Source: Octopus bimaculoides
Taxonomy: Eukaryota
Direction: 5' to 3'
Assembly: GCF_001194135.2 (NCBI RefSeq)
Contig: NC_069002.1
Span: 18,606,994 to 18,670,993 of the forward strand
DNA length: 64,000 bases
The position numbers were made by a program, and so were the translations under genes. The notes beneath the pieces are model-generated. The model saw nothing but the letters and a program-made list of their open reading frames with translations. It made no database searches and was not told the DNA's origin. Below are positions 12,592-25,480 of this stretch, piece after piece (position 1 is the first letter of the stretch; every line of letters begins with the position of its first letter).

Positions 12592-14000
12592 TTGTTTTTA
12601 CCTTCCGTTTGAATGTTTTTGCGTTAGGTTGAGGCTGGGATTTCTTTTGATTTGATTATGGCAATATTTGTTTTATATTTTGGGGCTATTTTGATTCTGA
12701 AGGTAACATATTTAGTGCTATCAATTGTTTCTGTCTGTAACTATTGGGAATATGCGTCATATTCAATAGTATTTTCGTTTTTGTATGGGAAGGAGGACAA
12801 GATCTAAAATCTAAATATTGGTGTATGTGTGTGTGTGTCTTTTCAGTAGATTTCGGTTGTAGCTGTCTCATTTTCTTTATCATAAGAATGTCTAGAAAAG
12901 ATAGTTTCATTGCAGCCATTTCCGTATTGAACAAGATCGATTCATGAATTCTATTTATTGATTTAAGGAATCTTGTAAGGTCTTCCTTACTTTTTGTCCC
13001 AAAATAAAAAGTAGCTCTCGAAGAATATTTTTCAACTTCCTATTCAATAGGGTTCGAAATATTGATCAAAGAAATTCCAGAGAGTGTATAGATCTTGTCT
13101 TGTCTTCCAGGATCTCCATTAATAGTGTCGCAAACGTTGGTGCAACTTGTTACCATTATTGTGCCTGGCATTTGCAGGTACTATTGGTTATCAAAGAAGT
13201 AGTTGTTTTCTAGTACCAGTCGTAATCCTTCAAGTGTATATTTTGTCGGGAATCTCTTCTGAATTCTTTGTGAGTAATTGTTTATCTCAAATTCTACTAC
13301 CTCTAATCCTAATCCATTGGGAATATTTATGTACAAGGATCGTTTCTTTATCTGCTCTTTCTTGAATATGGTTTAGGAAGTTCATGTAATCTCTGATGAA
13401 ACTAGGGATCAATTTGCACAAGGTTTTGAAAATTGTCTAATAAATGCTTAATCACTGGGTGCTAAATGCTAGTTGGGTTCTAAATTGTGCGTTATTTTTG
13501 GTTAGAGATTTTGAGAATTTTCACATATGGAGCATTTTGTTATTGATTTCTGTAGATTTATGAATTTTTTTAGTGCATGAAAGTTACTTCTTTTTACCAC
13601 AGAATTAATGAGATAAACCAAATCCTTTATCATTAAGAATTTTTTATGTTTTCCGTAAATTTACCAATTTTATTCATTGTTTATCTGCATTGACTTCTAA
13701 TTTTTTTTGTTGAAATTTCCCTGTAATGAGTCTTGTCCATTGTTACACTAGCTTCTCCTTTTTCAGCTTCTTTAATAACTGTAGAAGAATCTTTCTTTAC
13801 ACATTTTGGTGCATCTTTCCTTCATTCGTAATACTTGTTTTTATATGGTTTCTTGGAATGTTTGAAGTTGCAGATTTTTCCAGACACATTATTATGCCAT
13901 AAAGTGTTTATTGCTGCTCGTTAGAAGTTTAATTCCGATTTTGTTTATCACAAGTGATGGATCTTCATCGTGTTTATTTTGGAAGACAAATACTCGCAAA
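12130..14000 (-). mobile_element. Penelope-like element #1 (RT + GIY-YIG), near full length, heavily decayed
   Basis: Minus-strand motifs in order: KDSSTVIKEAEK..V.MDKTHY; LYINIP; LVLENNYF..YLQ..GT.M; SFLDILMIK..QYLDFRSC.PSHTK; MNCSVKSLTYCILCT*CNENYIGDTG..VHKQQI (GIY-YIG). Confidence 0.88.
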
Positions 14001-14749
14001 GACAACAATTATTACTATGGTATTCCGTGCACTTGGTACAACACTCAAAATGCTTCCTTAAAGCATTTTGTCCCTGTGTCTAACTTTCCCCTCACCCAAA
14101 CCTGCTGGCTTGTACCAAAATTTGAAATCATTATTATCATTATTGTCGTTATTGTTGTTGCTCAAGTTTAGCCTTGATTTGCCAGAATTAAGCATTTTAT
14201 GACAGGCAACCCTTCCGTCCTTCTGTATATCTACGACCACACCTATGCACGACTATCCAATGTGCTTTATGGCTTTCAATAAAACAAGGTTATATTCGAG
14301 CCATTTTGATTGTTGTTTCTAACAGGTCATGTGACCATGTAGACGCTGTGTCATTGACTTTTAAAATGTCCAGTTGCTGTTATTATTGCTCTTAATGCTG
14401 CTGGTATTCAATCCCTGCTCAGTGTGCATCAAATAGGCCTATAATCGATGACATTCCAATCTTGACCACCCACTCATCTTCTACGGACAGCAGAAACTAC
14501 ATTGATCAAAGTATTCTTCTTCTTTATTCAGGATGGAAGGTTGTGATTTGATGGCGATTTCGCTGCTGGTCAAACAGAATGATAAAAAGAAAACAGGAAC
14601 TTTTGGCAAATATGCCTTTTTTCCAGAAGCTGCTGAACTGGTTTCAATTAGCAAATGAAGGTCGTATGACTGAGCTATTCTGCGCGATCATGGCCCACTG
14701 GCCCACAGCCATCATTTCGCTTCTACTGTCTCACATTTATAAGGCAAAC

Positions 14750-15725
14750 AACCATCATATCTATAACCACCAACGAAACTGCCATTATCATGACTGCCAG
14801 CACCACCATAACCCCCGCCAACACCACATCATCAACAACAACAACAACAACAATCACCACCGTTACCGCCACCACCTCCACTACTATCACCATCACAAAG
14901 TCTACCGAAACCACAATCAGCACCACCAACACCNNNNNNNNNNNNNNNNNNNNNNNNNNNNNNNNNNNNNNNNNNNNNNNNNNNNNNNNNNNNNNNNNNN
15001 NNNNNNNNNNNNNNNNNNNNNNNNNNNNNNNNNNNNNNNNNNNNNNNNNNNNNNNNNNNNNNNNNNNNNNNNNNNNNNNNNNNNNNNNNNNNNNNNNNNN
15101 NNNNNNNNNNNNNNNNNNNNNNNNNNNNNNNNNNNNNNNNNNNNNNNNNNNNNNNNNNNNNNNNNNNNNNNNNNNNNNNNNNNNNNNNNNNNNNNNNNNN
15201 NNNNNNNNNNNNNNNNNNNNNNNNNNNNNNNNNNNNNNNNNNNNNNNNNNNNNNNNNNNNNNNNNNNNNNNNNNNNNNNNNNNNNNNNNNNNNNNNNNNN
15301 NNNNNNNNNNNNNNNNNNNNNNNNNNNNNNNNNNNNNNNNNNNNNNNNNNNNNNNNNNNNNNNNNNNNNNNNNNNNNNNNNNNNNNNNNNNNNNNNNNNN
15401 NNNNNNNNNNNNNNNNNNNNNNNNNNNNNNNNNNNNNNNNNNNNNNNNNNNNNNNNNNNNNNNNNNNNNNNNNNNNNNNNNNNNNNNNNNNNNNNNNNNN
15501 NNNNNNNNNNNNNNNNNNNNNNNNNNNNNNNNNNNNNNNNNNNNNNNNNNNNNNNNNNNNNNNNNNNNNNNNNNNNNNNNNNNNNNNNNNNNNNNNNNNN
15601 NNNNNNNNNNNNNNNNNNNNNNCACCACCACCACCATCCACCACAACCACCACCACCACCACCGCCATCACCACCACTTCCATCATCATCGTCACAATTG
15701 CTACAACTAATTGCCTCCACCACTA
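14750..15725. repeat. Degenerate (CAC/CAT/AAC)n trinucleotide low-complexity tract spanning a gap
   Basis: Directly visible; His/Thr/Pro-rich ORFs in all frames. Confidence 0.85.
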
Positions 15726-16179
15726 TAACTGCCAAAACTACAATTGTGTCACAGTCTACCTTTTTTCTTTTTTATCTCTATGCAACTATTGTCTAAAGAA
15801 GATAACAGATGGACATTCCCACTTCTGGTAAGTTCTATCGACGAAGAATTGTTTCAAGAGGCATGGCCTCTTTGAAGACATTTTCTCTTTAACACCAGTG
15901 CCAGTACACAGCTGCAGTAATTACCTTAACGCCGGTGCCGTCGTCACCGCTCAGCTTCTTTCTTTAAACTTACTAAATAATGAGATCTCCGAAGAAAATA
16001 ATTCTTGCAGGATAAAAATATAAAAGAAAAGAAGAAACGTCGCAGGAATAATAGGAGGGAAGAAAGAAAGAAAGAAAGACAGAAGCAAGAGACGTAGCTT
16101 CATACACAAAATCACACACATATACACACAAACAAACACATGTGTGTACCTTACGTGTATGTTTGTGTAGATGTATATA

Positions 16180-16233
<54 letters not shown>

Positions 16234-16301
16234 CGTACATGCGTGTGTGTATGTATGTATATGTGTGTGTGTGTATATACATGATACATATNNNNNNNNN
16301 N

Positions 16302-16338
<37 letters not shown>

Positions 16339-16599
16339 TCAGTAAATAGTGGGGTTGTATTAACCGCACGTGGAGAAATAATAGGAAAATGATATATATT
16401 ATATATATATATAATATATATAAAATCGGTGTGTGTATGTATATACAAATATATATATGTCTATATATGTGTATATATATATGTATGCATACGTATGCAT
16501 ACGTATATATGTATATACACACACACACATATATATATACATACATACATACATACATACATACACACACACATACATACATATTATGATTGACCGTTG

Positions 16600-16790
16600 A
16601 CTGAACACTATTCAATTTTTTTTCTCCGTGTTTTTCTCCTTGTCTCCGTATTCTTTCTGTTGAAGAGCGTAGCTCGAAACGTCAAAGACTTTCCGTATTC
16701 CCGAGCGTCATACTAATATATACTTTTGTTATTTACACCACCTGTCCTCGTCTGTTGTTATTTTTTGTATATTCTCCCATATATATATAT
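16600..16790 (+). mobile_element. HHR-bearing short repeat (Penelope pLTR-like) ending in (TA)n
   Basis: Contains the HHR at 16652; related copies at 18790-18990 and 24055-24170 (shared cgaaa...gagcgt/tagcgt...ctaata...cacctgtc). Confidence 0.6.
16652..16688 (+). ncRNA. Minimal type I hammerhead ribozyme motif (A6U variant)
   Basis: TCTTT-CTGTTGA-A-GAGC(GTA)GCTC-GAAA-CG-TC-AAAGA: 5-bp stem I, 4-bp stem II, palindromic ACGT stem III, GUC site. Confidence 0.7.
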
Positions 16791-17619
16791 ACATATGTAC
16801 ATGCGTACATACAGCATACATAACCAGTCTGCTTCATCGAGTTGTTATTGAAAGGAACTACAGAAAGCAAACTGGTTACTATAGCAGCACCAATTTGCGC
16901 ATGTCACCTTCCTCCTTCCTCTTCCACATATCTGAGACACACCTTTTCCATCCTTCGCTTTTCCAAAGAACCTGAAGAAGAGAATATAGACGCGAAATAT
17001 AGCAACAAAAGGTTGAAACTGATTTACTTTTTGTTTTGTAAATGTTTTTTGTTTTCTTTTTATAGTTTACTATGTATATAAATCTTTAAGATACACACAT
17101 ACGTACATATACTACATACGTACATATACTACATACGTACATACAGCTGTAAGTCAAATTTACTGCAATAAAGAAAAATATGTAATGACCAATATTTATA
17201 TTGGTATATCATTTTGTAAAAAAAATGTATAAGTGGAGCACAACCACGGATTTACAATATAGAATGGTGATGTCCTATAACCTCGGAACCTGCTGCAAGA
17301 ATACTTGGAGCTCTTTACTAAACTAAACGATAATGTTAGCCTGGTGTATTAAGAGAGGGATTACAAAGTATTTTGTCCAGATTGATAATACCTCACTAAT
17401 AACTTTGCTTTACACACACACACACACATACACGAGCACACACACACACACATCCGGATACACACACACATGTACACACATATATGTATACAGAGAGGGG
17501 AGCGGAGAGAGGGAGAGTTGTGAATGAGAGAGAGTGAGAGAGATGGAAAGAAAGAGATGACAATCAATTTGAAGATGTTTCTTTAATACTGGGACTAAAT
17601 TAAGCGTTAATTTTTTTTT

Positions 17620-18790
17620 ACAGTGAAACGCATTATTGTTTTCTCTTTCCAGATTATTCTATATCAAAGAAGTTTAATTCGTATCGATTTAACCCTTTTA
17701 AAATGAGTTTATATCAGACCCATGTCAAACACTGCATGATGTATGAATTGAAACGGACCATTTCAGCAACGATCCATCTCAACAATGTTACAATGATTTA
17801 AAATGATGGGAAATAGAGGAAGGTCAGGAGAGTAAGGATTACGAGACAAGACTTCTATATTTTGTGTAGAAGTTTATCTTTTCTATCTTCTATCTTTTCT
17901 ATCTTCTATCTTTTCTATCTTCTATCTTTTCTATCTTCTATCTTTTCTATCTTCTATCTTTTCTATCTTCTATCTTTTCTATCTTCTATCTTTTCTATCT
18001 TCTATCTTTTCTATCTTCTATCTTTTCTATCTTCTATCTTTTCTATCTTCTATCTTCTATCTTTTCTATCTTCTATCTTTTCTATCTTCTATCTTTTCTA
18101 TCTTCTATCTTTTCTATCTTCTATCTTTTCTGAATCACTTGGGAAATATGTGATCTTGCATTATCATCTTAGAGCAACACTCCTTCAGAGTTGACCATTG
18201 AAGTGCGCTTTTCCGCAAGACTTCCAGCTGACGCCAATACTTCACAAAGAATGTTTCGTATTGGTTTACCACATAATGATAGATGATCCCCTTCATACTG
18301 CACCAAACACAGATTATGCCGTTTTGGAGTAAAGGATGATTTCAAGTTAGATTATCACTTTTAATTAGGTGCTAAATATCGTGTTCATTGGATATTATTA
18401 CAGAGAACCTACTTTTTATCTTATCATCGCTTATAACGGTTCTACTCAGGAAATATTTGGCAGGAAGTTTACTCTTCCATGACGAAGATTAAGTTGTAAA
18501 GTATCCACGGTGAGCAAGCAACTGGAAGTGTTTTTTGACAAGTGCACGAAGACATTTTATGATCGAAGTGTGACTTAGATTGATCTATTTTGCAAATTCT
18601 CGCGGAATTTGCTTTGGATTTTCCCCAACTAAGTATTCAGAAGTTCAGTATTGCTGGATTTTTGTTGTTCAGATCGAGGAGAATCTGCGAGAGAAACATT
18701 TCTCACAGAATTGTTGGCATATCCAGACACTCAAAGTATTATTTCCATAAACAGAAGACATATTGATCCACACCTCCCAGACGTGCTTTT
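17620..18790 (-). mobile_element. Highly decayed mariner transposase remnant interrupted by a minisatellite
   Basis: Minus frames give SLADSPRS, GVLL*DDNARSHISQVIQKR, then after the repeat IEVLSRNPYSPDL. Confidence 0.72.
17877..18130. repeat. 16-bp minisatellite (TTTTCTATCTTCTATC)n, about 16 copies
   Basis: Directly visible; the 16-aa periodicity of ORF 17862-18194 equals 3 x 16 nt. Confidence 0.95.
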
Positions 18791-18833
18791 CTCAGACAAT
18801 TCTTTTCTTCTGTCTGGAATTTTTTCTCTTTCC

Positions 18834-18870
18834 TCTTTCTGACGAAGAGCCATGCGCGAAACGTCACAAC
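18834..18870 (+). ncRNA. Minimal type I hammerhead motif (canonical core, damaged stems)
   Basis: TCTTT-CTGACGA-A-GAGC(CAT)GCGC-GAAA-CG-TC-ACAAC; same layout as 16652. Confidence 0.6.
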
Positions 18871-19162
18871 CACCACTTTTTATTCTCTTAAACTTTCTCT
18901 GAGCGTCAATCGAATCATTCACTGTACGCATCCTTTTCACTTTTGTAGTTTTTCCTGTTTTTAAAGTTTGATTTGACTATTATCGCATGCCCACGTCCTT
19001 TCGACCATGATTTAGAATACATAGTTGTAGGATTACACTACACCTCTGAATTTCATCGGGGTACGTCGATTTTGTACATTTGATTATATGTATACGCACA
19101 CACACGTATGCATGTGTGTATATAATATATATACATGCATATATGCATACATACAGACATGC

Positions 19163-19198
<36 letters not shown>

Positions 19199-20304
19199 NN
19201 NNNNNNNNNNNNNNNNNNNNNNNNNNNNNNNNNNNNNNNNNNNNNNNNNNNNNNNNNNNNNNNNNNNNNNNNNNNNNNNNNNNNNNNNNNNNNNNNNNNN
19301 NNNNNNNNNNNNNNNNNNNNNNNNNNNNNNNNNNNNNNNNNNNNNNNNNNNNNNNNNNNNNNNNNNNNNNNNNNNNNNNNNNNNNNNNNNNNNNNNNNNN
19401 NNNNNNNNNNNNNNNNNNNNNNNNNNNNNNNNNNNNNNNNNNNNNNNNNNNNNNNNNNNNNNNNNNNNNNNNNNNNNNNNNNNNNNNNNNNNNNNNNNNN
19501 NNNNNNNNNNNNNNNNNNNNNNNNNNNNNNNNNNNNNNNNNNNNNNNNNNNNNNNNNNNNNNNNNNNNNNNNNNNNNNNNNNNNNNNNNNNNNNNNNNNN
19601 NNNNNNNNNNNNNNNNNNNNNNNNNNNNNNNNNNNNNNNNNNNNNNNNNNNNNNNNNNNNNNNNNNNNNNNNNNNNNNNNNNNNNNNNNNNNNNNNNNNN
19701 NNNNNNNNNNNNNNNNNNNNNNNNNNNNNNNNNNNNNNNNNNNNNNNNNNNNNNNNNNNNNNNNNNNNNNNNNNNNNNNNNNNNNNNNNNNNNNNNNNNN
19801 NNNNNNNNNNNNNNNNNNNNNNNNNNNNNNNNNNNNNNNNNNNNNNNNNNNNNNNNNNNNNNNNNATATATATATATATATATACACGCACATATACATA
19901 TGCACATCCAAATAAATGGGTATATACATACAACTAGATAGACGCGCATACGCACACGTATGGAAGAATACGTACGTATATGATGTGCATAGGACCTCAT
20001 ATAGGCAGGTACACACGCGTATATATACACAAATATACGTACATAGCATAGATAAATATGTGCAAAGATTGGTACTTAAAGCAAGGTACATACGTCTCTT
20101 ATTAAGTTTGACACACACGTGTTAATACACTCGCGTATACATATAAGCAAAGATATACACGCATATACATACACATACACACACATATACATATATGTAT
20201 GCATATGCACATATAATCACACACCCGTGTACATGTATACACAAATTCACACTAATGTATACATATACCTACAAAAAACGCAAATGCGCACAGATGAATG
20301 TGTA

Positions 20305-20344
<40 letters not shown>

Positions 20345-20651
20345 NNNNNNNNNNNNNNNNNNNNNNNNNNNNNNNNNNNNNNNNNNNNNNNNNNNNNNNN
20401 NNNNNNNNNNNNNNNNNNNNNNNNNNNNNNNNNNNNNNNNNNNNNNNNNNNNNNNNNNNNNNNNNNNNNNNNNNNNNNNNNNNNNNNNNNNNNNNNNNNN
20501 NNNNNNNNNNNNNNNNNNNNNNNNNNNNNTATACATACATATACAGATATATATTTATATATAAATTCCTCTATTTTACATAATATCGATGTCTCATTCA
20601 TTCTTTTGTTGTCATGTATTATTATTAATCTATCTATGTATCTATCTATCC

Positions 20652-20737
<86 letters not shown>

Positions 20738-21047
20738 ACATATAACGAAAGTAATTTCCTCGCTGTATTGTGTGTTTGTTTCTTTTTTGTTTCTGTTATT
20801 TTATTTTTAATCTTCTGTATAAATGAAAATATATCCTTTAATTTGCTGCTTTTCTATACACGAAACCAAAGGATACATAGCGGAACTGTTATTTTAAGAA
20901 GTTATATGTATTTATCCCCCGAAGAGACACATATGCTCCTGACCAGTTAAGTATCCCACCCTTGAGGGATCAATGCTATATGTGTTGAAACAATTGTCGT
21001 GATTAATAAAAATTCTCCTATCTTCCAGCTTTCATTTATCATATATA

Positions 21048-21918
21048 CATGGTCGAATCAACAAGCATCGGGACTGTTGCCATAGTAAGGAAGCTAAAAG
21101 AGTAAAGCCCAACGACACAGATTGACCTTAGCCTCTGTTGTGCATGCGTTCTAGCTCTCGTCCACTATTTACAACAGTGCTTGCAAGGAAGGTGTGTAGC
21201 GTGTCAATTTCACATTGATCATGACAGGAATTTGAGCTCAGAATCTGTTTCAAATTTTGCCAAAAGCTTGGTGATACCTGTTCAGAGGCCTACGCAAAGT
21301 TTTCAACAAGTTTTCATCGTTCTCGTCACAATGAAGATCTTCTGGAGTTGAAACCTGAGTGTCATTTTGGTCAACTGAAAGCAGTATTGGCACAAAGTTG
21401 GCATACACGCGTCTCATACCTAAATCTTCAGTGATAATGGACTGAACTGAACTGTAACTAATCTGCACATCCTCTGATAACTCAAGGATGGTGATTCAAT
21501 GATTTCACCTCACAGCTGCACGAACATCTGCGATATTTTCCTCAGTTCTGCTGGTTGCAGCACTCCCAGAACGTTCGCCAATATCGACATTTTTCGGCTA
21601 TTTTTTCTTGGAAACAGCTAAACCACTCATACACTTGTGTGCAGCTCTTACACTCTTCTCCATACATTTTCTGAAACTTTGCGCCGGCCTCTGAGCAGGC
21701 ATTTTCCTGACTACTTTCTATATCATGGTCAATGCGATGATCACATGTTACACACCTTCCTTTCAAGCACTGCTGTAAACAATAGAAGCTATAACGTTAA
21801 AACTTTGTGGACATGCACAACAGAGTTCAAGGTCAATTTTTCCCAAGCAACTTTACCCTGTGTGCTTTAGCTTCGTTACTATAGCATGAATCCAGATACT
21901 TATTGATCAGATCTCATG
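21048..21918 (-). mobile_element. Internally deleted mariner (~870 bp)
   Basis: FQKMYGEECKSCTQVYEWFSCF and ITEDLGMRRVYANFVPILLSVDQ motifs; degenerate TIRs (catggtcgaatcaacaagcatcgggac / revcomp catgagatctgatcaataagtatctggat). Confidence 0.75.
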
Positions 21919-21928
21919 TGTGCGTGTA

Positions 21929-22297
<369 letters not shown>

Positions 22298-22447
22298 AAT
22301 AATATATAGTCTATTGACTAAATTTTTTTTACACGCTAGGCCACTGGTAGTAGAAATTTCTAATATTTCTTATTACCCTTGATATTATTAATTATATTAT
22401 ATATTTCTGTATGTATGTATGTATGTATGTATCTATATATCTATATG

Positions 22448-22892
22448 TGGAGGCGCAATGGCCCAGTGGTTAGGGCAGCAGACTCGCGGTCGTAGGATCG
22501 CGATTTCGATTCCCAGAGCGGGCGTTGTGAGTGTTTATTGAGCGAAAACACCTAAAGCTCCACGATGCTCCGGTAGGGGATGGTGGCGAACCCTACTGTA
22601 CTCTTCCACCNNNNNNNNNNAAAGCTCCACGATGCTCCGGTAGGGGATGGTGGCGAACCCTACTGTACTCTTCCACCACAACTTTCTCCCACTCTTACTT
22701 CCTGTTTCTGTTGTGCCTGTAATTCAAAGGGTCAGCCTTGTCACACTGTGTCACGCTGAATATCCCCGAGAACTACGTTAAGAGTACACGTGTCGGTGGA
22801 GTGCTCAGCTACTTGCACGTCAATTTCACGAGCAGGCTGTTCCGTTGATCGGATCAACTGGAACCCTCGACGTCGTAAGCGACGGAGTGCCA
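22448..22892 (+). mobile_element. tRNA-derived SINE family B (tRNA-Arg-like head)
   Basis: Head ggcgcaatggcccagtggttagggcagcagactcgcgg...atttcgattccc with A-box and B-box-like motifs; not a complete tRNA. Confidence 0.8.
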
Positions 22893-23127
22893 TATATANN
22901 NNNNNNNNTAAAAGCAACATATCTGCCCAGTACTTCCCTCTAGCGGATTCCCAAAAGCGTTACTTGCTCTTTATAATTCCTTAAGGGCAAGAGAGAATAT
23001 TTTTCTTCACCACAACTGCAGTGAATTTCCTTTTAGAAGTTAAAATATATCACAAATATACTTTAACCCGCCTAAATTCCGGTTATCCTTAATAAGTGTC
23101 TGCTATTGGTGCTGATATATATGTGTA

Positions 23128-23185
<58 letters not shown>

Positions 23186-23253
23186 CATGCATGCATACAT
23201 GCATGCATGTATGTATGTATGTATGCATGTATGTATGGATGTATGTATGTATA

Positions 23254-24030
23254 CAGGGTGCGGTGTATAAATTGTGTAAATTACGCAAAAATGAAAATAA
23301 CACTAACATCTCATTTTAACAAATATATTTATCAAAATTACATAAAAATATCTTTAAATACTAAATTTATTCAATAAAATCGCCATTGGCTTCAACCACG
23401 GCCTCCAGACGACTTCGGAATCTCCAGCAACTCTTCTGGAAGGTCTCCTTGTTTAAGTTTGTGCATGCTGTCAGAATCCTTGCCTTCAGTTCATCTTTGG
23501 TGTTACAAAGAGTTTTGTTGACCTCTCGCTCAACTGCACCGCACACGTAATAATGTACGGGGTTGCGGTCTGGGGAATTAGGTGGCCAGATGTTAAGGGT
23601 GATGTTGTCGCAGAAATTATCTGACAGCCATGACTGGGTTCTCCTGGCATTGTGTGGCATGGTGTAGAGTCGTATTGCCAGACATGGGGTCTGCCAGCAG
23701 TCACCTTCTTGACCCAGGGCAGCACTACCTCCTCCAGGCGCTTGATGTAGGCCTCCGTGTTGAGTGTGAATGAGGCCGTGTGGGACGATGAGTGGAGGCA
23801 TAACATCGCCATCACTAGTGATCTCTCCAAACACCATGATGTTGACTGGATGTTTAATTTTTATCACTTTGGTACATGAACTTTCCTCAGATTGACATCG
23901 TAACACTCTGGAATGTTCGTATTGGAGATTCCGTCGCGAAAGGAAAGCAATACAGCATATCGTATGGCATGGAGCTGTTTTTCTGTCAGACAGTGATCGA
24001 CTAATCCTACTATATTGTATAGTTGACAAA
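23254..24030 (-). mobile_element. DD37D (maT-type) transposon, 3' part
   Basis: VMPP, VWQYDSTPCHT, WPPNSPDRNPVHYY, RFRSRLEAVVEANGDFIE*; 37 residues from D2 to the D3 position (now H); TA|CAGGGTG terminus at 23252. Confidence 0.85.
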
Positions 24031-24054
24031 ATCAAAAACAAAGAATGTGCATAT

Positions 24055-24153
24055 CCGAAATTAAAAAGCTTTTTCGTTTTCCCTAGCGTAGGACTAATAC
24101 ATTTGCTTGTTGTTCATACACCTGTCTTGGTCTTTTGTTTTTCTATAAATTTC

Positions 24154-24170
<17 letters not shown>
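24055..24170 (+). repeat. 3' half of the HHR-bearing pLTR-like repeat (starts at CGAAA), ending in (TA)n
   Basis: By-eye similarity to 16675-16790. Confidence 0.5.
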
Positions 24171-24213
<43 letters not shown>

Positions 24214-24904
24214 ACACAAAGTATGGGGGTTTAGTTCACAGTTGGTCTAAACGACCAGGTACGCTAGGTAAGTGCTGTAAATGATTACCAGGGCTCCAAT
24301 GTTATAGGCGAGACGGTAGTTATGGAGCCGTTGCAGGTTTACAATTCAGCGGATATATAATTGTTAAAGACGACACCAAATACTAAGGCAAGGCGAACAT
24401 CTCATTTCGTACACAATATTATTATTGGCAAAAGATCAAAGTCTTACAGCTATTACTGGGATTTCCCCGAGTATGGATATTCCGTCACCAGACACAAATA
24501 GGGAAAAAATAGGGAAAATGAGAATGGTGTATATTAATGGGATGACGATATAGAGGAAGGAAGGAAAAGAATAAGATGGAAAGATGGAAACGAAGCATAA
24601 AAGTTCATAGTTCAACTTTCCGAAGTTGTAGAAACAAGAGAATGAGTCCTTAGGTGCAATCCTGCGTAGATTCACGTGAGTTACGCAGGGTTGCACCTAA
24701 GAACTTACACTCCATGATAAGTGATTCAGGCACCATCTAGAGGATTGTTGCATCGCACGTTCGACGTACGATATAACGGGATAATTAATAACGTCCTCGC
24801 AAATCGTTCTACCCAAGATGCCCAATACTTGTAATTACACTCGACAATACGCAACTCTCGGCCTTACACAGCTCACATACTCCCTCCACGCATCTCCCTT
24901 TATA

Positions 24905-25480
24905 TTGTGGCCCAGTGGATTAGGAGCCAACCAAATAGGAGTGTTCTACTTCCACACAACAAGGATGTAGTAAATAATGAGGGCATCACTATGTTTTGGA
25001 ACTTCCCAATACAAACAGACAGAAAAATTAACTCCAATCGACCCGACATTGTGATCAAGGACTACTACAGTGGAACTTGTCTGTTAATAGACATGTCTGT
25101 CCCCAAAATCAAAATGTCTCAAGAAAGGAATATGAAAAGCTTTCTCACTATAAAGACCTGCAAATTGAAATGACAAAAATGTGGAAGCTTAGTACTACGA
25201 TAATACCAGTAATAATTGGTGGGTTGGGAATAACAAAGAGTGGAGAAGTATATTAAGCAACTTCCTGGTAACTCCAATCTCCGTGAATTACAAAAGATAA
25301 CCTTGATGGGTACAGCCCATATAGTACGGAAAGCACTCTCCATCTAGAGTGGAATAAATGTGGTGATAATTTTAGCATGTATAGCAAAGCAAAATTTGCC
25401 TTGCTACCCTTGGCCTCCAGAGGATGCCTGGTAATAAGGCAGCTGAAATAAAGTTATAATGAAAGAGAACAATAAATAAT
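24905..25480 (+). mobile_element. 5'-truncated R4/Dong-type non-LTR element (REL endonuclease C-terminus + 3' UTR)
   Basis: MFWNFPIQTDRKINSNRPDIVIKDY..CLLIDMSVP, then frameshifted KEYEKLSHYKDLQIEMTKMWKL...ELQKITLMGTAHIVRKALSI*. Confidence 0.82.

Noticed and set aside
14579-15796. His/Thr-rich mucin-like or His-rich protein ORFs (also 53814-54290)
   Set aside because: Degenerate trinucleotide repeats open in several frames on both strands.
17877-18130. CRISPR-like array
   Set aside because: No spacers; a simple eukaryotic minisatellite.
22448-22525. tRNA gene
   Set aside because: The tRNA-like head runs into a SINE body with no complete cloverleaf or terminator; the same holds at 34090, 38808 and 60499.
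22547-22680. Apparent 56-bp tandem duplication inside the SINE
   Set aside because: The copies flank a 10-N gap, typical of an unmerged contig overlap.
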